A DNA stretch of 64,000 nt from an uncultured cyanobacterium (lineage in GTDB: Bacteria > Cyanobacteriota > Cyanobacteriia > Cyanobacteriales > Nostocaceae), in assembly GCA_963740315.1 (NCBI GenBank), contig CAVUDP010000002.1, positions 1,664,001 to 1,728,000 on the forward strand, in the 5' to 3' direction. The notes beneath the pieces were generated by a model that saw only the letters and a program-made list of their open reading frames with translations, did no database searches and had not been told where the DNA came from. The translations under genes were made by a program, and so were the position numbers. This document shows, piece after piece, positions 54,145-64,000 of the stretch. Each line of letters begins with the position of its first letter. Within the stretch, counting starts at the first letter, position 1.

Positions 54145-54378
54145 ATGAGCAACATACCTGTTCTCAAACCACAAGAAGTTGTACGTATTTTAGAAAAGCT
54201 GGGTTTTGTAGAAGTTCGTCAAAAGGCTTCACACAAACAATTTCGTCATGAAGATGGTAGAGGAACTACAGTTCCGTTTCATAAAGGACGTGATATTTCT
54301 CCCCGACTTTTACGACAGATAGCAAGTGACAATCATTTCGTAACCCAACATTACCATAAGCAGATAAACAATAATTGA
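54145..54378 (+). CDS. hicA: HicA-family toxin, C-terminus apparently replaced
   Basis: LEKLGFVEVRQKASHKQFRHEDGR.TTVPFH motif; after IASD the frame runs into a duplicated intergenic sequence. Confidence 0.8.
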   Translation: MSNIPVLKPQEVVRILEKLGFVEVRQKASHKQFRHEDGRGTTVPFHKGRDISPRLLRQIASDNHFVTQHYHKQINNN

Positions 54379-54398
54379 GTTAGTTTGATATTGACGGT

Positions 54399-55340
54399 AT
54401 GTCATTACTAATCGGTGATAAAAATTTTATGCAATCATTAAAAAGCATCAAAATAAGAAAAAAGATTATAAAACGTATTTTTAAATTTATTCTAATTGCT
54501 TTTATTATTCTCAATATTCTATCTTACGCTGGTGCTTATTTTTTAACACACTTTAACTATTCAAATAAACAGGTAATTACTAAAAAACCTGATGATATCG
54601 GACTAAAATACGAAACTCAACGCATTGCCGTTAGTCAGAAAGAATGGTTAGAAACTTGGTTTATCCCCGCTCCAAGTAAAGTCAACGGAACCGTTTTATT
54701 ATTCCCCGGTAATAATGGCAGCAAGGGCAAACAACTCTTAGCTCCAACCAAGGTATTTCATAATTTAGGCTACGATGCTTTACTAACTGATTTCCGAGGT
54801 ATGGGAGGTTCGAGCGGAAACACTACAACTATAGGTGTTAGGGAATCCAAAGATGTAGCTTTAACTATGAATTATGCCGAAAAGTTAAAATTAAAACATC
54901 CATACATACTTTATGGTGTATCGATGGGTAGTGCTGCTATTCTCAAAGCAATTGCTGATGAAAATATAAATCCCGAAGCTGTAATTTTAGAACTTCCTTT
55001 TGCACGCCTTGTAAGTGCTGTTAAAAGTCGAGTTAGAGCAGTTAAATTTCCTACGTTTCCCGTGACCGAACTTATGGTATTTTGGGGAGGAATTCAACAT
55101 GGATTTAATGGTTTTGCTCATAACCCAGTTACTTATGCAAGTTCTGTTAATTGTCCTGCTTTGATATTACATGGAAAGCTTGATAAATGGACTACTGTAG
55201 CAGAAATAAACGATATTTCTCAAAATTTGCAGGGTTCAAAACAACTGGTTATTTTCCCTAATGCGGGTCATGATTTACTCGTTACAGTTAATAAAGAACT
55301 TTGGAAACATAGTGTTGAAAAATTTCTCAAGGGAATTTAA
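54399..55340 (+). CDS. Alpha/beta hydrolase
   Basis: DFRGMGGS, GVSMG nucleophile elbow, HG..D, AGH; start may be 54429. Confidence 0.88.
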   Translation: MSLLIGDKNFMQSLKSIKIRKKIIKRIFKFILIAFIILNILSYAGAYFLTHFNYSNKQVITKKPDDIGLKYETQRIAVSQKEWLETWFIPAPSKVNGTVLLFPGNNGSKGKQLLAPTKVFHNLGYDALLTDFRGMGGSSGNTTTIGVRESKDVALTMNYAEKLKLKHPYILYGVSMGSAAILKAIADENINPEAVILELPFARLVSAVKSRVRAVKFPTFPVTELMVFWGGIQHGFNGFAHNPVTYASSVNCPALILHGKLDKWTTVAEINDISQNLQGSKQLVIFPNAGHDLLVTVNKELWKHSVEKFLKGI

Positions 55341-55523
55341 AAATCGTAATTATTTATTTAACTTCTTGGGTTGTTAATTAACATAATTGGTGCGTGACGG
55401 TAATTTCAAATTATTAGATTTAGTTTGATTATTTATCGTCACCGTCACACACCCTACAAATAAATCAAAATCCTTAACTCCTTAATACGATAAAATTATG
55501 AAAAAATATTAAGGCTGTATTTT

Positions 55524-56510
55524 ATGAACTGGTTGCTTTCTACTTTGGGAATTATCCTTGCAATATTAATTGTAAGCATCGCACTATATTTAATCTCGGC
55601 TCGTCGCTATCAATCATCGGATTCGGTAGCTAATTCCTACGACGAATGGACGGATGATGGTATTTTAGAATTTTACTGGGGTGAACACATTCATTTAGGA
55701 CATTATGGTTCACCACCGACAAATAAGGATTTTTTAACAGCCAAATACGATTTCGTTCATGAAATGGTACGTTGGGGTGGTTTGGATAAATTACCTTCCG
55801 GTACCACAGTTATAGATGTTGGTTGTGGAATTGGTGGTAGCAGTCGGATTTTAGCCAAGGAATACGGTTTTGATGTCACCGGAGTTACTATCAGCCCCCA
55901 ACAGGTGAAAAGAGCGACTGAATTAACCCCTGAAGGTGTGAGCGCCAAGTTTCTCGTAGATGATGCGATGGCTCTTTCTTTCCCCGATGCCAGTTTTGAT
56001 GTAGTTTGGTCGATTGAAGCTGGTCCTCATATGCCAGATAAAATGGTTTTTGCATCTGAGTTGATGCGGGTGTTAAAGCCAGGTGGGCTGTTGGTTGTAG
56101 CCGATTGGAATCAAAGAGACGATCGCCAAATCCCGCTGAATTTCTGGGAGAAACCAGTCATGCAGCAATTACTCGATCAGTGGTCCCATCCAGCTTTTTC
56201 CAGCATCGAAGGTTTTTCCGAACTTTTGGAAGCCACGGGATTTGTAGAAGGGGAAGTTATAACCGCAGACTGGACAAAAGAAACACTTCCTTCATGGTTC
56301 GATACTATCTGGCAAGGAATAGTTAAACCACAGGGATGGATGCGTTTTGGCGTTCGTGGTTTTCTTAAATCGGTGCGGGAAGTACCTACTATTTTGTTGA
56401 TGCGGTTAGCATTTGGTACAGGGCTTTGCAGATTTGGAATGTTTCGCGCAGTTAGAGGTAATTTAGAATCGCGATCGCAAGAAGTTTCAACACAAACCGC
56501 TCAGGTTTGA
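55524..56510 (+). CDS. MPBQ/MSBQ methyltransferase (tocopherol/plastoquinone pathway)
   Basis: YWGEHIHLGHYG, DVGCGIGGSSR, WSIEAGPHMPDK, ADWNQRD motifs. Confidence 0.85.
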   Translation: MNWLLSTLGIILAILIVSIALYLISARRYQSSDSVANSYDEWTDDGILEFYWGEHIHLGHYGSPPTNKDFLTAKYDFVHEMVRWGGLDKLPSGTTVIDVGCGIGGSSRILAKEYGFDVTGVTISPQQVKRATELTPEGVSAKFLVDDAMALSFPDASFDVVWSIEAGPHMPDKMVFASELMRVLKPGGLLVVADWNQRDDRQIPLNFWEKPVMQQLLDQWSHPAFSSIEGFSELLEATGFVEGEVITADWTKETLPSWFDTIWQGIVKPQGWMRFGVRGFLKSVREVPTILLMRLAFGTGLCRFGMFRAVRGNLESRSQEVSTQTAQV

Positions 56511-56522
56511 TAAAGCAAATTT

Positions 56523-56657
56523 GGCGTTGCTGAATTAAGCTATGAATTATCTTTTTTTACATTTTGTCGTAAACGCGAAACTGTTGTAGAGAGTTCCGCA
56601 CTGCTACGTCTCCAATAATGTGAAAGCATCATTTCATCCGCATGATTCAGCAAAGCC
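56523..56657. mobile_element. MITE-like element, same end family as 550-685
   Basis: GGCGTTGCTGAAT…ATTCAGCAAAGCC; flanks GCAAATTT / GCAAATTG (7 of 8 identical). Confidence 0.7.
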
Positions 56658-56735
56658 GCAAATTGTATCTCAACCTTAAACAACCGTTAAAATATTTCTA
56701 CAAACCTCAAAAATAAATAATAAACAAAAATAACA

Positions 56736-57350
56736 ATGGTTCAAATAGCACCAAAATTTATTACCGTTGATGAGTTTATTGCCAATTACGGCGATAATGA
56801 ACGTTATGAGTTGATTGACGGGGAATTATTTGAAATGGAACCAACCGGGTTTCACGAACAAGTAGGTGCATTTACCGGACGAAAGCTGAACGTACAAATT
56901 GACCAATACAACCCGAATTATTTTATTCCCCATCGATGTTTAATTAAGTTGTTGGGAACAGAAACTGCTTTTCGTCCAGATTTAATTGTATTGGATAAAA
57001 ATCAGCTTAGAAACGAACCATTGTGGAAGCAAGAACCCGTTATTACTTTAGGAAGTTCAATCAAGCTAATTGTTGAAATAGTTAGTACAAACTGGCAAAA
57101 TGATTATGCTAGAAAAGTAGAAGATTACGCACTTTTAGGTGTACCGGAATACTGGATTGTGGATTATCTTGGTGTTGGTGGAAGAGAATATATTGGTAAA
57201 CCGAAACAACCAACGATTACAGTTTGTGACTTAGTTGATGATGAATATCAAAGAAAATTATTCCAAAATCAAGATATTTTAGTTTCTCAAGTTTTTCCAG
57301 AACTTGAATTAAGCGCAAATCAAATTTTTGAATATGCTCGTGCAGTTTAA
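56736..57350 (+). CDS. Uma2 (DUF820) family endonuclease-like protein
   Basis: RYELIDGE, VEIVSTNWQNDYARK..DY..LGVPEYWIVDY. Confidence 0.9.
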   Translation: MVQIAPKFITVDEFIANYGDNERYELIDGELFEMEPTGFHEQVGAFTGRKLNVQIDQYNPNYFIPHRCLIKLLGTETAFRPDLIVLDKNQLRNEPLWKQEPVITLGSSIKLIVEIVSTNWQNDYARKVEDYALLGVPEYWIVDYLGVGGREYIGKPKQPTITVCDLVDDEYQRKLFQNQDILVSQVFPELELSANQIFEYARAV

Positions 57351-57375
57351 GTAATTTAATTTAACCAATTACCAA

Positions 57376-57750
57376 TTACCCATTCAATACATCTCTCTTA
57401 TGTTCCGGTGCAGCAGCAACAGCACCAACTTCTTGAATCAATTCATCAGAAATTCCTAATTCTTGCAAAGTTTTAACTAAGTTTTCGACAACTGCATCAA
57501 AGTGTTTGCCATTTAAACCCATTCCTTCAACCAAATGTTAGTGAGCTTCTCTCATCATCTTGCCATCATAATGAGAAGAACCACCAAAAGCATAAGTTAA
57601 AAATGCCTTTTGATGTTCGCGCTGTTTTTTCATATCTACGTTTTCAAAAAAGTGCTTGATTCGCTCATCGTTTAAAATATGTCCGTAAAACTTATCAACG
57701 GCGATATCAACAGCATCTTTTCCACCTAATTTTTCATACAAAGTAGCCAT
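57376..57750 (-). pseudogene. glbN: Group 1 truncated hemoglobin (cyanoglobin) interrupted by an in-frame stop
   Basis: TLYEKLGG..AV..AVD.FY…MREAH*HLVEGMGLNGKHFDAV…APEHKRDVLNG; TAA at 57538-57540; read-through length 124 aa. Confidence 0.88.
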
Positions 57751-57927
57751 GTGCTTTCTCTTATAATATTTAAAAGTTTGTAGCGCCTAACGCACCATTC
57801 TCATGTAAAAACAATGAATTTTAAATTATTTAAAAGTTTGTAGGGTGTGTTATGGCGCAATATATAATTCAGATTATGACAAAATATATATCATTCGCGC
57901 TTAACGCACCATTCTCATGTAAAAACA

Positions 57928-59094
57928 ATGAATTTTAAATTATTTAAAAGTATATCAGATTGTCGTAACACAAATGATTTTAGAAATTTAGCTAAAACAA
58001 AATTACCCGCTCCGATATTTCATTATATAGATGGAGCGGCAGATGATGAAGTTACTTATAGAAGAAATACCCAAGCCTACGAGCAATGCGATTTGATTCC
58101 CAACGTTTTGGCAGGAGTTGAAGAAATAGATACTTCTGTGGAAGTAATGGGAATGAAAATTGATATTCCCATGTTTTGTTCGCCAACAGCATTACAAAGA
58201 TTATTCCATTATGACGGTGAAAGAGCGGTTGCCAAAGCAGCAGAAAAATATGGAACTTTGTTTGGTATATCAAGTTTGGGCACGGTTAGTTTAAAGGAGA
58301 TTGGTAAAACAATTTCTACACCAAAGATGTTCCAATTTTACTGTCATAAAGATAAAGGTTTGAATGATGCAATGATAGAAATGTGTAGGGAAGCAAACTT
58401 TGATGCGATCGCCTTAACCGTCGATACAATTACTGGAGGAAACAGGGAACGGGATTTGTGGACGGGATTTACTATACCTCCAAAACTTACACCGCAGAGT
58501 TTGATTAGTTTTGCTCTACATCCAAATTGGTCGTTAAATTATTTATTACGAGAACCATTCAGCTTACCGCAATTAGAACAACACGTAAATAAAGGAACAA
58601 ATGTCGCAGTATCGGTAGGTGATTATTTAAGTACGATGCTCGATCGATCGATGGATTGGCAAGATGCCGAAGAAATTAGAACAAAATGGGGTAAAAAGTT
58701 TTGCCTCAAAGGTGTAATGAGCGTTGATGATGCAAAAAGAGCAGTTGACATCGGAGCCGATGCCATCATGGTATCAAATCACGGTGGGAGACAGTTGGAT
58801 GGTTGTATATCACCTTTCGAGCAGCTAGCAGAAATAGTAGATGCAGTTGGCGATCGCGTTGATGTAATCTGTGATGGTGGTATTAGAAGAGGAACTCATG
58901 TTTTAAAAGCACTGTCAGTAGGTGCAAAAGCCTGCTCTGGTGGAAGATGGTATTTGTATGCATTAGCGGCTGGCGGACAATTAGGAGTTGAAAAAGCTAT
59001 TTCTAATATGAAAAATGAAATTGATAGAGATATGAAACTGATGGGAATTACTAAACTTTCTCAATTGTCGAGGAAGAATATAAAATTTAGATGA
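57928..59094 (+). CDS. FMN-dependent alpha-hydroxy acid oxidase/dehydrogenase (LldD-like)
   Basis: YIDGAADDE, LTVDT…GNRERD, SNHGGRQLD, DGGIRRG motifs. Confidence 0.92.
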   Translation: MNFKLFKSISDCRNTNDFRNLAKTKLPAPIFHYIDGAADDEVTYRRNTQAYEQCDLIPNVLAGVEEIDTSVEVMGMKIDIPMFCSPTALQRLFHYDGERAVAKAAEKYGTLFGISSLGTVSLKEIGKTISTPKMFQFYCHKDKGLNDAMIEMCREANFDAIALTVDTITGGNRERDLWTGFTIPPKLTPQSLISFALHPNWSLNYLLREPFSLPQLEQHVNKGTNVAVSVGDYLSTMLDRSMDWQDAEEIRTKWGKKFCLKGVMSVDDAKRAVDIGADAIMVSNHGGRQLDGCISPFEQLAEIVDAVGDRVDVICDGGIRRGTHVLKALSVGAKACSGGRWYLYALAAGGQLGVEKAISNMKNEIDRDMKLMGITKLSQLSRKNIKFR

Positions 59095-59180
59095 TTGTAG
59101 TATTGAAAAAACCTCACCCTTAATCCCTCTCCTTATTAAGGTGAGGGAAATAAGAGATTATAATTTTAAATTTAAAAAAT

Positions 59181-59696
59181 ATGGACAGTAAAGAATCTTT
59201 AATTGCTTTAAAAATTGCCGTACTAACTGTTTCCGACACGAGAACGGAAGCTGATGATAAATCGGGCAAAATATTAGTTGATAATTTAACTACGGTAGGA
59301 CATAACTTATCAGAAAAAGTCATTGTTCCCGATGATATTTATCAAATTCGTGCAGTTGTATCTCGTTGGATTGCCTCGGAATCTATCCAAGTAATTTTAA
59401 CCACTGGTGGCACGGGAGTTACCGGACGTGATGGAACTCCAGAAGCAATTAAGCCTTTATTAGATAAAGAAATTGAGGGATTTGGTGAGATATTTAGGAT
59501 GATTTCCTATCAAGAAATTAAAACTTCTACAATTCAATCTCGCTGTTTGGCTGGTGTTGCAAACGGTACCTATATCTTTTGTTTACCAGGTTCTTCTGGT
59601 GCTTGTAAAACGGGATGGGAGATTATTAAAGAACAATTAGATTCCCGCAATCGTCCCTGTAATTTAGCTCAACTAATTCCTAGATTAAGGGAATAG
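59181..59696 (+). CDS. moaB: Molybdenum cofactor biosynthesis protein MoaB
   Basis: AVLTVSDTR…DKSG, TTGGTG.T.RD.TPEA, LPGS..AC motifs. Confidence 0.92.
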   Translation: MDSKESLIALKIAVLTVSDTRTEADDKSGKILVDNLTTVGHNLSEKVIVPDDIYQIRAVVSRWIASESIQVILTTGGTGVTGRDGTPEAIKPLLDKEIEGFGEIFRMISYQEIKTSTIQSRCLAGVANGTYIFCLPGSSGACKTGWEIIKEQLDSRNRPCNLAQLIPRLRE

Positions 59697-59849
59697 GTAA
59701 TTGGTAATTGGTAATTGTTAATTGATAATTGATAATAGCTTGTAGGTTGGGTGAAGGCTCTAACAAATTTAAACAATAAGGAAGTAATGATAATATGCCG
59801 TAACCCAACATCAAATTTCTGAATAAACTAATTAATTTACATTTGATTC

Positions 59850-61481
59850 ATGAAAATTATCCGACTTCTGCTCAAAAATTCTGGCAAAAATTTCTTTTTA
59901 GCAGCAATATTTAGTATTCTTAGCGGTGCTAGTGGTGCGGGTATTATCGCCGTTATCAATTATGCGATCGCTAATTTGCAAAACCCACCCGTTTGGTTAA
60001 TTGTGCTGTTCTTTAGCCTCTGTGTTTGTTTATGGATTTTTCAGTTTATTAGTTGGGTATTGATAAATCGTCTAGCCCAAGGGGTTATCTACGATTTGCG
60101 CTTAGAAATGACTCAACGTATTTTAGATTGTCCTTTGCAGCATTTAGAAACTATCGGTATATCAAAGCTGTTAGCAACTTTAACAAATGATATCGCGGCA
60201 ATTTCTTCGGCTTCAATCAAATTATCAATAATGATAGTAAATATTGCTATAGCTTTGGGAATTTTTGTTTACTTATTCTGGCTCTCTACGCTACTATTTT
60301 TTATTGTATTTGGCTGTGTTTTAATCAGCTTTTATCTTTATACTTCTATAGAAAAAGGAGGTATCAAAGATTTAGAACAAGCTCGTCAAGTTCAGGATAT
60401 TTTATTTGAACATATTCGCACGGTTACAGAAGGAACAAAAGAGTTAAAGTTGCACCGTCAAAGAAGAATTGCTTTTATTAAAGAGGATTTACAATCGAGT
60501 GCTAGTAAATATAAGCAATATCGAATCAGCGGCATAACGGCTTTTGCTTTTGCTGGCTCTTTGGGAACGGTATTATTTTTTATTCCCGTTGGATTAATAT
60601 TATTTGTTTTTCCTCAATTAAATACAGTTTCTACCGCGATTATATCTAGTTATGCATTAGCTATTGTATATTTGATTAGCCCCATAGGCGAGGTAGTAAC
60701 TTCTTTACCTCAAATTGCTCGAGCAAATATCGCTTTAAATAAAATTGAATCTTTAGGAATATCTCTTTCCGAACAAGTTACCGAACCAAATTTTCCTACA
60801 GGTTCGGATTTTGAATCCAATTGGACGAGTTTAGAATTGGTTAATGTAACTCATGCTTATAGTGGAGATAGCGAAGAACATAAGTTTACTTTAGATAATA
60901 TTAACCTCAAGTTTGAACCCGGTGAATTAGTCTTTATTGTTGGTGGCAACGGTAGCGGTAAATCAACTTTAATTAAATTAATTACGGGTTTATACGTTCC
61001 CGATCGCGGTAAAATTTTATTTAACAATCGTGCCGTTACAGATGATAATCGCGAATGGTATCGTCAGCAGTTTTCTGTCGTATTTTATGACTTCTATTTA
61101 TTTGCTCGCTTATTAGGAATAGAAGAAAATCAGGAAACAGAAATACAAGATTATCTTACATTATTGGAATTAGAACGAAAAGTAACAATTAAAAATGGTG
61201 TTTTATCAACTACTAATTTATCCCAGGGACAGCGCAAACGTCTAGCTTTACTGACAGCTTATTTAGAAAATCGTCCGATTTACGTATTTGATGAATGGGC
61301 ATCAGATCAAGATCCCGTATTTAAAGAAATATTCTATAATAAATTGCTTCCCGAATTAAAACAGCGTGGTAAAACTGTAATTGCAATCAGTCACGATGAC
61401 CGTTATTTTGATAAGTGCGATCGATTAATTAAACTAGATTATGGTCGTGTAGTTGAAAATCGGGTAATGGGGAATGGGTAG
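59850..61481 (+). CDS. Cyclic peptide export ABC transporter (SyrD/PvdE/YojI family)
   Basis: TM domain plus GGNGSGKST, LSQGQRKRLAL, FDEWASDQDP family signature. Confidence 0.9.
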   Translation: MKIIRLLLKNSGKNFFLAAIFSILSGASGAGIIAVINYAIANLQNPPVWLIVLFFSLCVCLWIFQFISWVLINRLAQGVIYDLRLEMTQRILDCPLQHLETIGISKLLATLTNDIAAISSASIKLSIMIVNIAIALGIFVYLFWLSTLLFFIVFGCVLISFYLYTSIEKGGIKDLEQARQVQDILFEHIRTVTEGTKELKLHRQRRIAFIKEDLQSSASKYKQYRISGITAFAFAGSLGTVLFFIPVGLILFVFPQLNTVSTAIISSYALAIVYLISPIGEVVTSLPQIARANIALNKIESLGISLSEQVTEPNFPTGSDFESNWTSLELVNVTHAYSGDSEEHKFTLDNINLKFEPGELVFIVGGNGSGKSTLIKLITGLYVPDRGKILFNNRAVTDDNREWYRQQFSVVFYDFYLFARLLGIEENQETEIQDYLTLLELERKVTIKNGVLSTTNLSQGQRKRLALLTAYLENRPIYVFDEWASDQDPVFKEIFYNKLLPELKQRGKTVIAISHDDRYFDKCDRLIKLDYGRVVENRVMGNG

Positions 61482-61562
61482 GTTAGGTTAAGGCTTCAAT
61501 TAAATTGAATAATAACGAAGTAATGATAATATGCCGTAACCCAACATTTTATTTTTGTAGTA

Positions 61563-62504
61563 CTAATATTTATATTTCTCAGAATTAGATTTTTTCTCAA
61601 GTTTATCTTTTATTTTAATACCTAGAGCAATCAACCCTGCAAATAAAATCGACCATAAATTAGTTGCAGGTTCGGGAACTTTGACGTTAGATTTTGTATT
61701 TTTAAACGCTAGCAAAGTGACATTTCTATCTTGTTCAAAATATCTTTCTACAGAACCTTCAAAAAGAGAAATGTTAATCGATCGACTTCTACCCAAATCG
61801 CCAATTAATTCCACATTAGAATGACTGAAATCACTGCTAAGAACAATATTTTTACTCTTAGTGTTATTAATAAAATCAATTCTACCTAAAGCATCAATAT
61901 TTGCTGCAAGAGTAAAATATTCTAATATATTATTTTGACTAATTTGATTTGGTTCTAATTGCGTTGAATTGAGAAAATCAAACCGATTCTCTGTAGAAAT
62001 ACCAGTTGTATCTAAAAGATAAAAAGCAATATCTCCAGCGGCATTCGCAGTTTCAATTCCTGGTTTATCTACCGAAGCTTCTAAATCGAGAATAGTTGTA
62101 AAGTCAAATGATAAAGTATCGTTACGACTTACATCAAAATTGGCAAAAAATCTTGGCATAGTTTCCGCAGAAGCTTCGTAACTTGAACCTTCACCAGATG
62201 CCAAACTTTCTGCAATATTAGATATTTTTAATGGAGTTGGTTCAGCATTGGTTCTAGAAAAGTTATGAAAATCTGCTATGCTATCCGAGGCATTAGTTAC
62301 AGCATCCGTATTAGCATCATTAATCGCTTCAAATGCTGCGTTTTCTCGATTGAAATTCGTGAAAGTTAAGTCCCCAAAGGAGCCAGCAAAAGTAGCAGCT
62401 AAAGTAGGTGAACTTGCTAACATCGAGGTAGCAACAAATGGAGAGACTTGTAAAATTAATTTTTGCCCAAATTTTGAATATAACTTCTTCTGCATTTTTG
62501 TCAT
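61563..62504 (-). CDS. PEP-CTERM sorting-domain exported protein
   Basis: Signal peptide-like N-terminus; C-terminal VPEP + TM helix + basic tail. Confidence 0.8.
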   Translation of the reverse strand: MTKMQKKLYSKFGQKLILQVSPFVATSMLASSPTLAATFAGSFGDLTFTNFNRENAAFEAINDANTDAVTNASDSIADFHNFSRTNAEPTPLKISNIAESLASGEGSSYEASAETMPRFFANFDVSRNDTLSFDFTTILDLEASVDKPGIETANAAGDIAFYLLDTTGISTENRFDFLNSTQLEPNQISQNNILEYFTLAANIDALGRIDFINNTKSKNIVLSSDFSHSNVELIGDLGRSRSINISLFEGSVERYFEQDRNVTLLAFKNTKSNVKVPEPATNLWSILFAGLIALGIKIKDKLEKKSNSEKYKY

Positions 62505-62659
62505 GATTTTATTCTGAATATATATGATGTCCGAAAAATTAACTATATTAGCTAGTATTTGTTGAATACAAATAAAATAGTTAAATTACGGAGAAAAAAC
62601 CCTTAATCATGAAAATTTTATAAAATGCAAGAATTTGACCTAATACAATTACTATAATC

Positions 62660-63313
62660 GTGAGAAAACCACAAACTGTTAAAGCTTTAGAAGAATTAGG
62701 AAGAATCCAACTTTCTAAAAATTTTTTCATGCGAGAATTTCTATACTCAGAAATTTCTCAAATCGAAGGTATACCCAATATTCCAGACGATGTTGACTTG
62801 GCGATCGCCTCTGGTACCAAACTTTGCGAAAACGTACTGGAGCCAATTCAAGACGCACTTGGTAGAATCAGCATTCGTTCGGCTTATCGTTCTGATGCTG
62901 TTAACGCCAAAGGAGCGGAAAATAATAATCAGTATAACTGTGCAAGTAATGAATCAAATTATGCGGCTCATATCTGGGATGTAAAAGATGCAGATGGATA
63001 TATGGGAGCAACAGCCTGTATTATTGTCAATTCATTTTTGCCTTACTATAAAAAAACTGAAGATTGGACGGCTTTGGCATGGTGGATACACGATAATATA
63101 GACGCTTACGCAGATATGACCTTTTTCTCGAAATATGCAGCGTTTAATATTCACTGGAGCGAGAACCCCAAGCATTCAAAATGGATTTATAGCTACGTAG
63201 AAAATCCGCATACTGGTAAAAAGGGATATTTAACAAAAGAAGGAATGGATAATTTTGCAGTTTCCCACGAGGAGTTTTATCGAGATTTTATTGAGCAATT
63301 GAGTGCGAATTAA
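62660..63313 (+). CDS. Peptidase M15-like protein
   Basis: LSKNF..REFL.S, LC..VLEP….G.I.I.SAYR…VN pattern. Confidence 0.55.
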   Translation: MRKPQTVKALEELGRIQLSKNFFMREFLYSEISQIEGIPNIPDDVDLAIASGTKLCENVLEPIQDALGRISIRSAYRSDAVNAKGAENNNQYNCASNESNYAAHIWDVKDADGYMGATACIIVNSFLPYYKKTEDWTALAWWIHDNIDAYADMTFFSKYAAFNIHWSENPKHSKWIYSYVENPHTGKKGYLTKEGMDNFAVSHEEFYRDFIEQLSAN

Positions 63314-63486
63314 TAAGACATCTCCGGAAAACATTCATATGGTTTTTAAATTTACACAAACACCTAACCCCCCTACCCCCCTTCCCTATGAGGGAAGGGG
63401 GAAATGAAGCCTCTCTCCTTGTAGGAGAGAGGTTTGGAGAGAGGTCTTTTTCCTAACCGGAGATGTGTATTGTGTTGGAATGCGAT

Positions 63487-64000
63487 GTTTCAATCCCGTT
63501 GCCGGGATTCGTTTCAAATCAAGATTTATGCTGACCAGCTAATCGGCATATTTGAGGAATAGTTTCAATCCCGTTGCCGGGATTCGTTTCAAATCAAGCG
63601 ACGAAGAACAAGTTATCAGTCTTGACAGAAAAAAGTTTCAATCCCGTTGCCGGGATTCGTTTCAAATCAAGAATTCGGCTACATTGCGGACAGAATCCGT
63701 CATACTCGTTTCAATCCCGTTGCCGGGATTCGTTTCAAATCAAGTCCTGCAAAGATTTCAGGTAATCAGCGCTTCTTTGGTTTCAATCCCGTTGCCGGGA
63801 TTCGTTTCAAATCAAGATTATAGTTTAAAACTAAACCATTTGTTATATGAAGTTTCAATCCCGTTGCCGGGATTCGTTTCAAATCAAGCATATTTGGTTT
63901 TTAAAAATTTTTGAAGGTTACAGAGTTTCAATCCCGTTGCCGGGATTCGTTTCAAATCAAGTTCCGGGTGATAGCTGCCCTAGATATCCGCCTATCCCGT
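63487..64000 (-). CRISPR. CRISPR array 3 (at least 7 repeats, truncated by window end); + strand repeat GTTTCAATCCCGTTGCCGGGATTCGTTTCAAATCAAG
   Basis: 37-bp repeats at 63487, 63562, 63635, 63708, 63780, 63852, 63925 with unique spacers; orientation inferred from the ATTGAAAC 3' end. Confidence 0.97.

Overview
AT-rich cyanobacterial chromosomal window. The many HIP1 GCGATCGC sites and heptamer STRR repeats suggest a filamentous, Nostocales-like host (inference). The centre is a complete type I-D CRISPR-Cas locus on the minus strand (cas3'-cas10d-csc2/cas7-csc1/cas5-cas6-cas4-cas1-cas2) with a WYL regulator. It is flanked by two arrays sharing one 37-bp repeat (about 80 and 36 repeats by manual count) that point away from each other and have homologous leaders. 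A third array with a variant repeat runs off the right end. The most unusual observation is a cryptic CRISPR-like mini-array between cas1 and cas2 (32982-33236): four 36-bp repeats made of a local REP/MITE-type palindrome, separated by three unique 36-38 nt spacers, which looks like a naturally arisen neo-CRISPR array. Also notable: a MITE inserted in a CRISPR spacer, an exact 18-bp motif upstream of both cas3' and the WYL gene, a likely internal cas11d start, a DEFP in place of DExH in Cas3', an RtcB intein with HNH and C2H2 motifs, decayed toxin-antitoxin modules, a nonsense-interrupted cyanoglobin and several tandem amplifications. All calls come from manual reading and motif recognition; no database searches were run.
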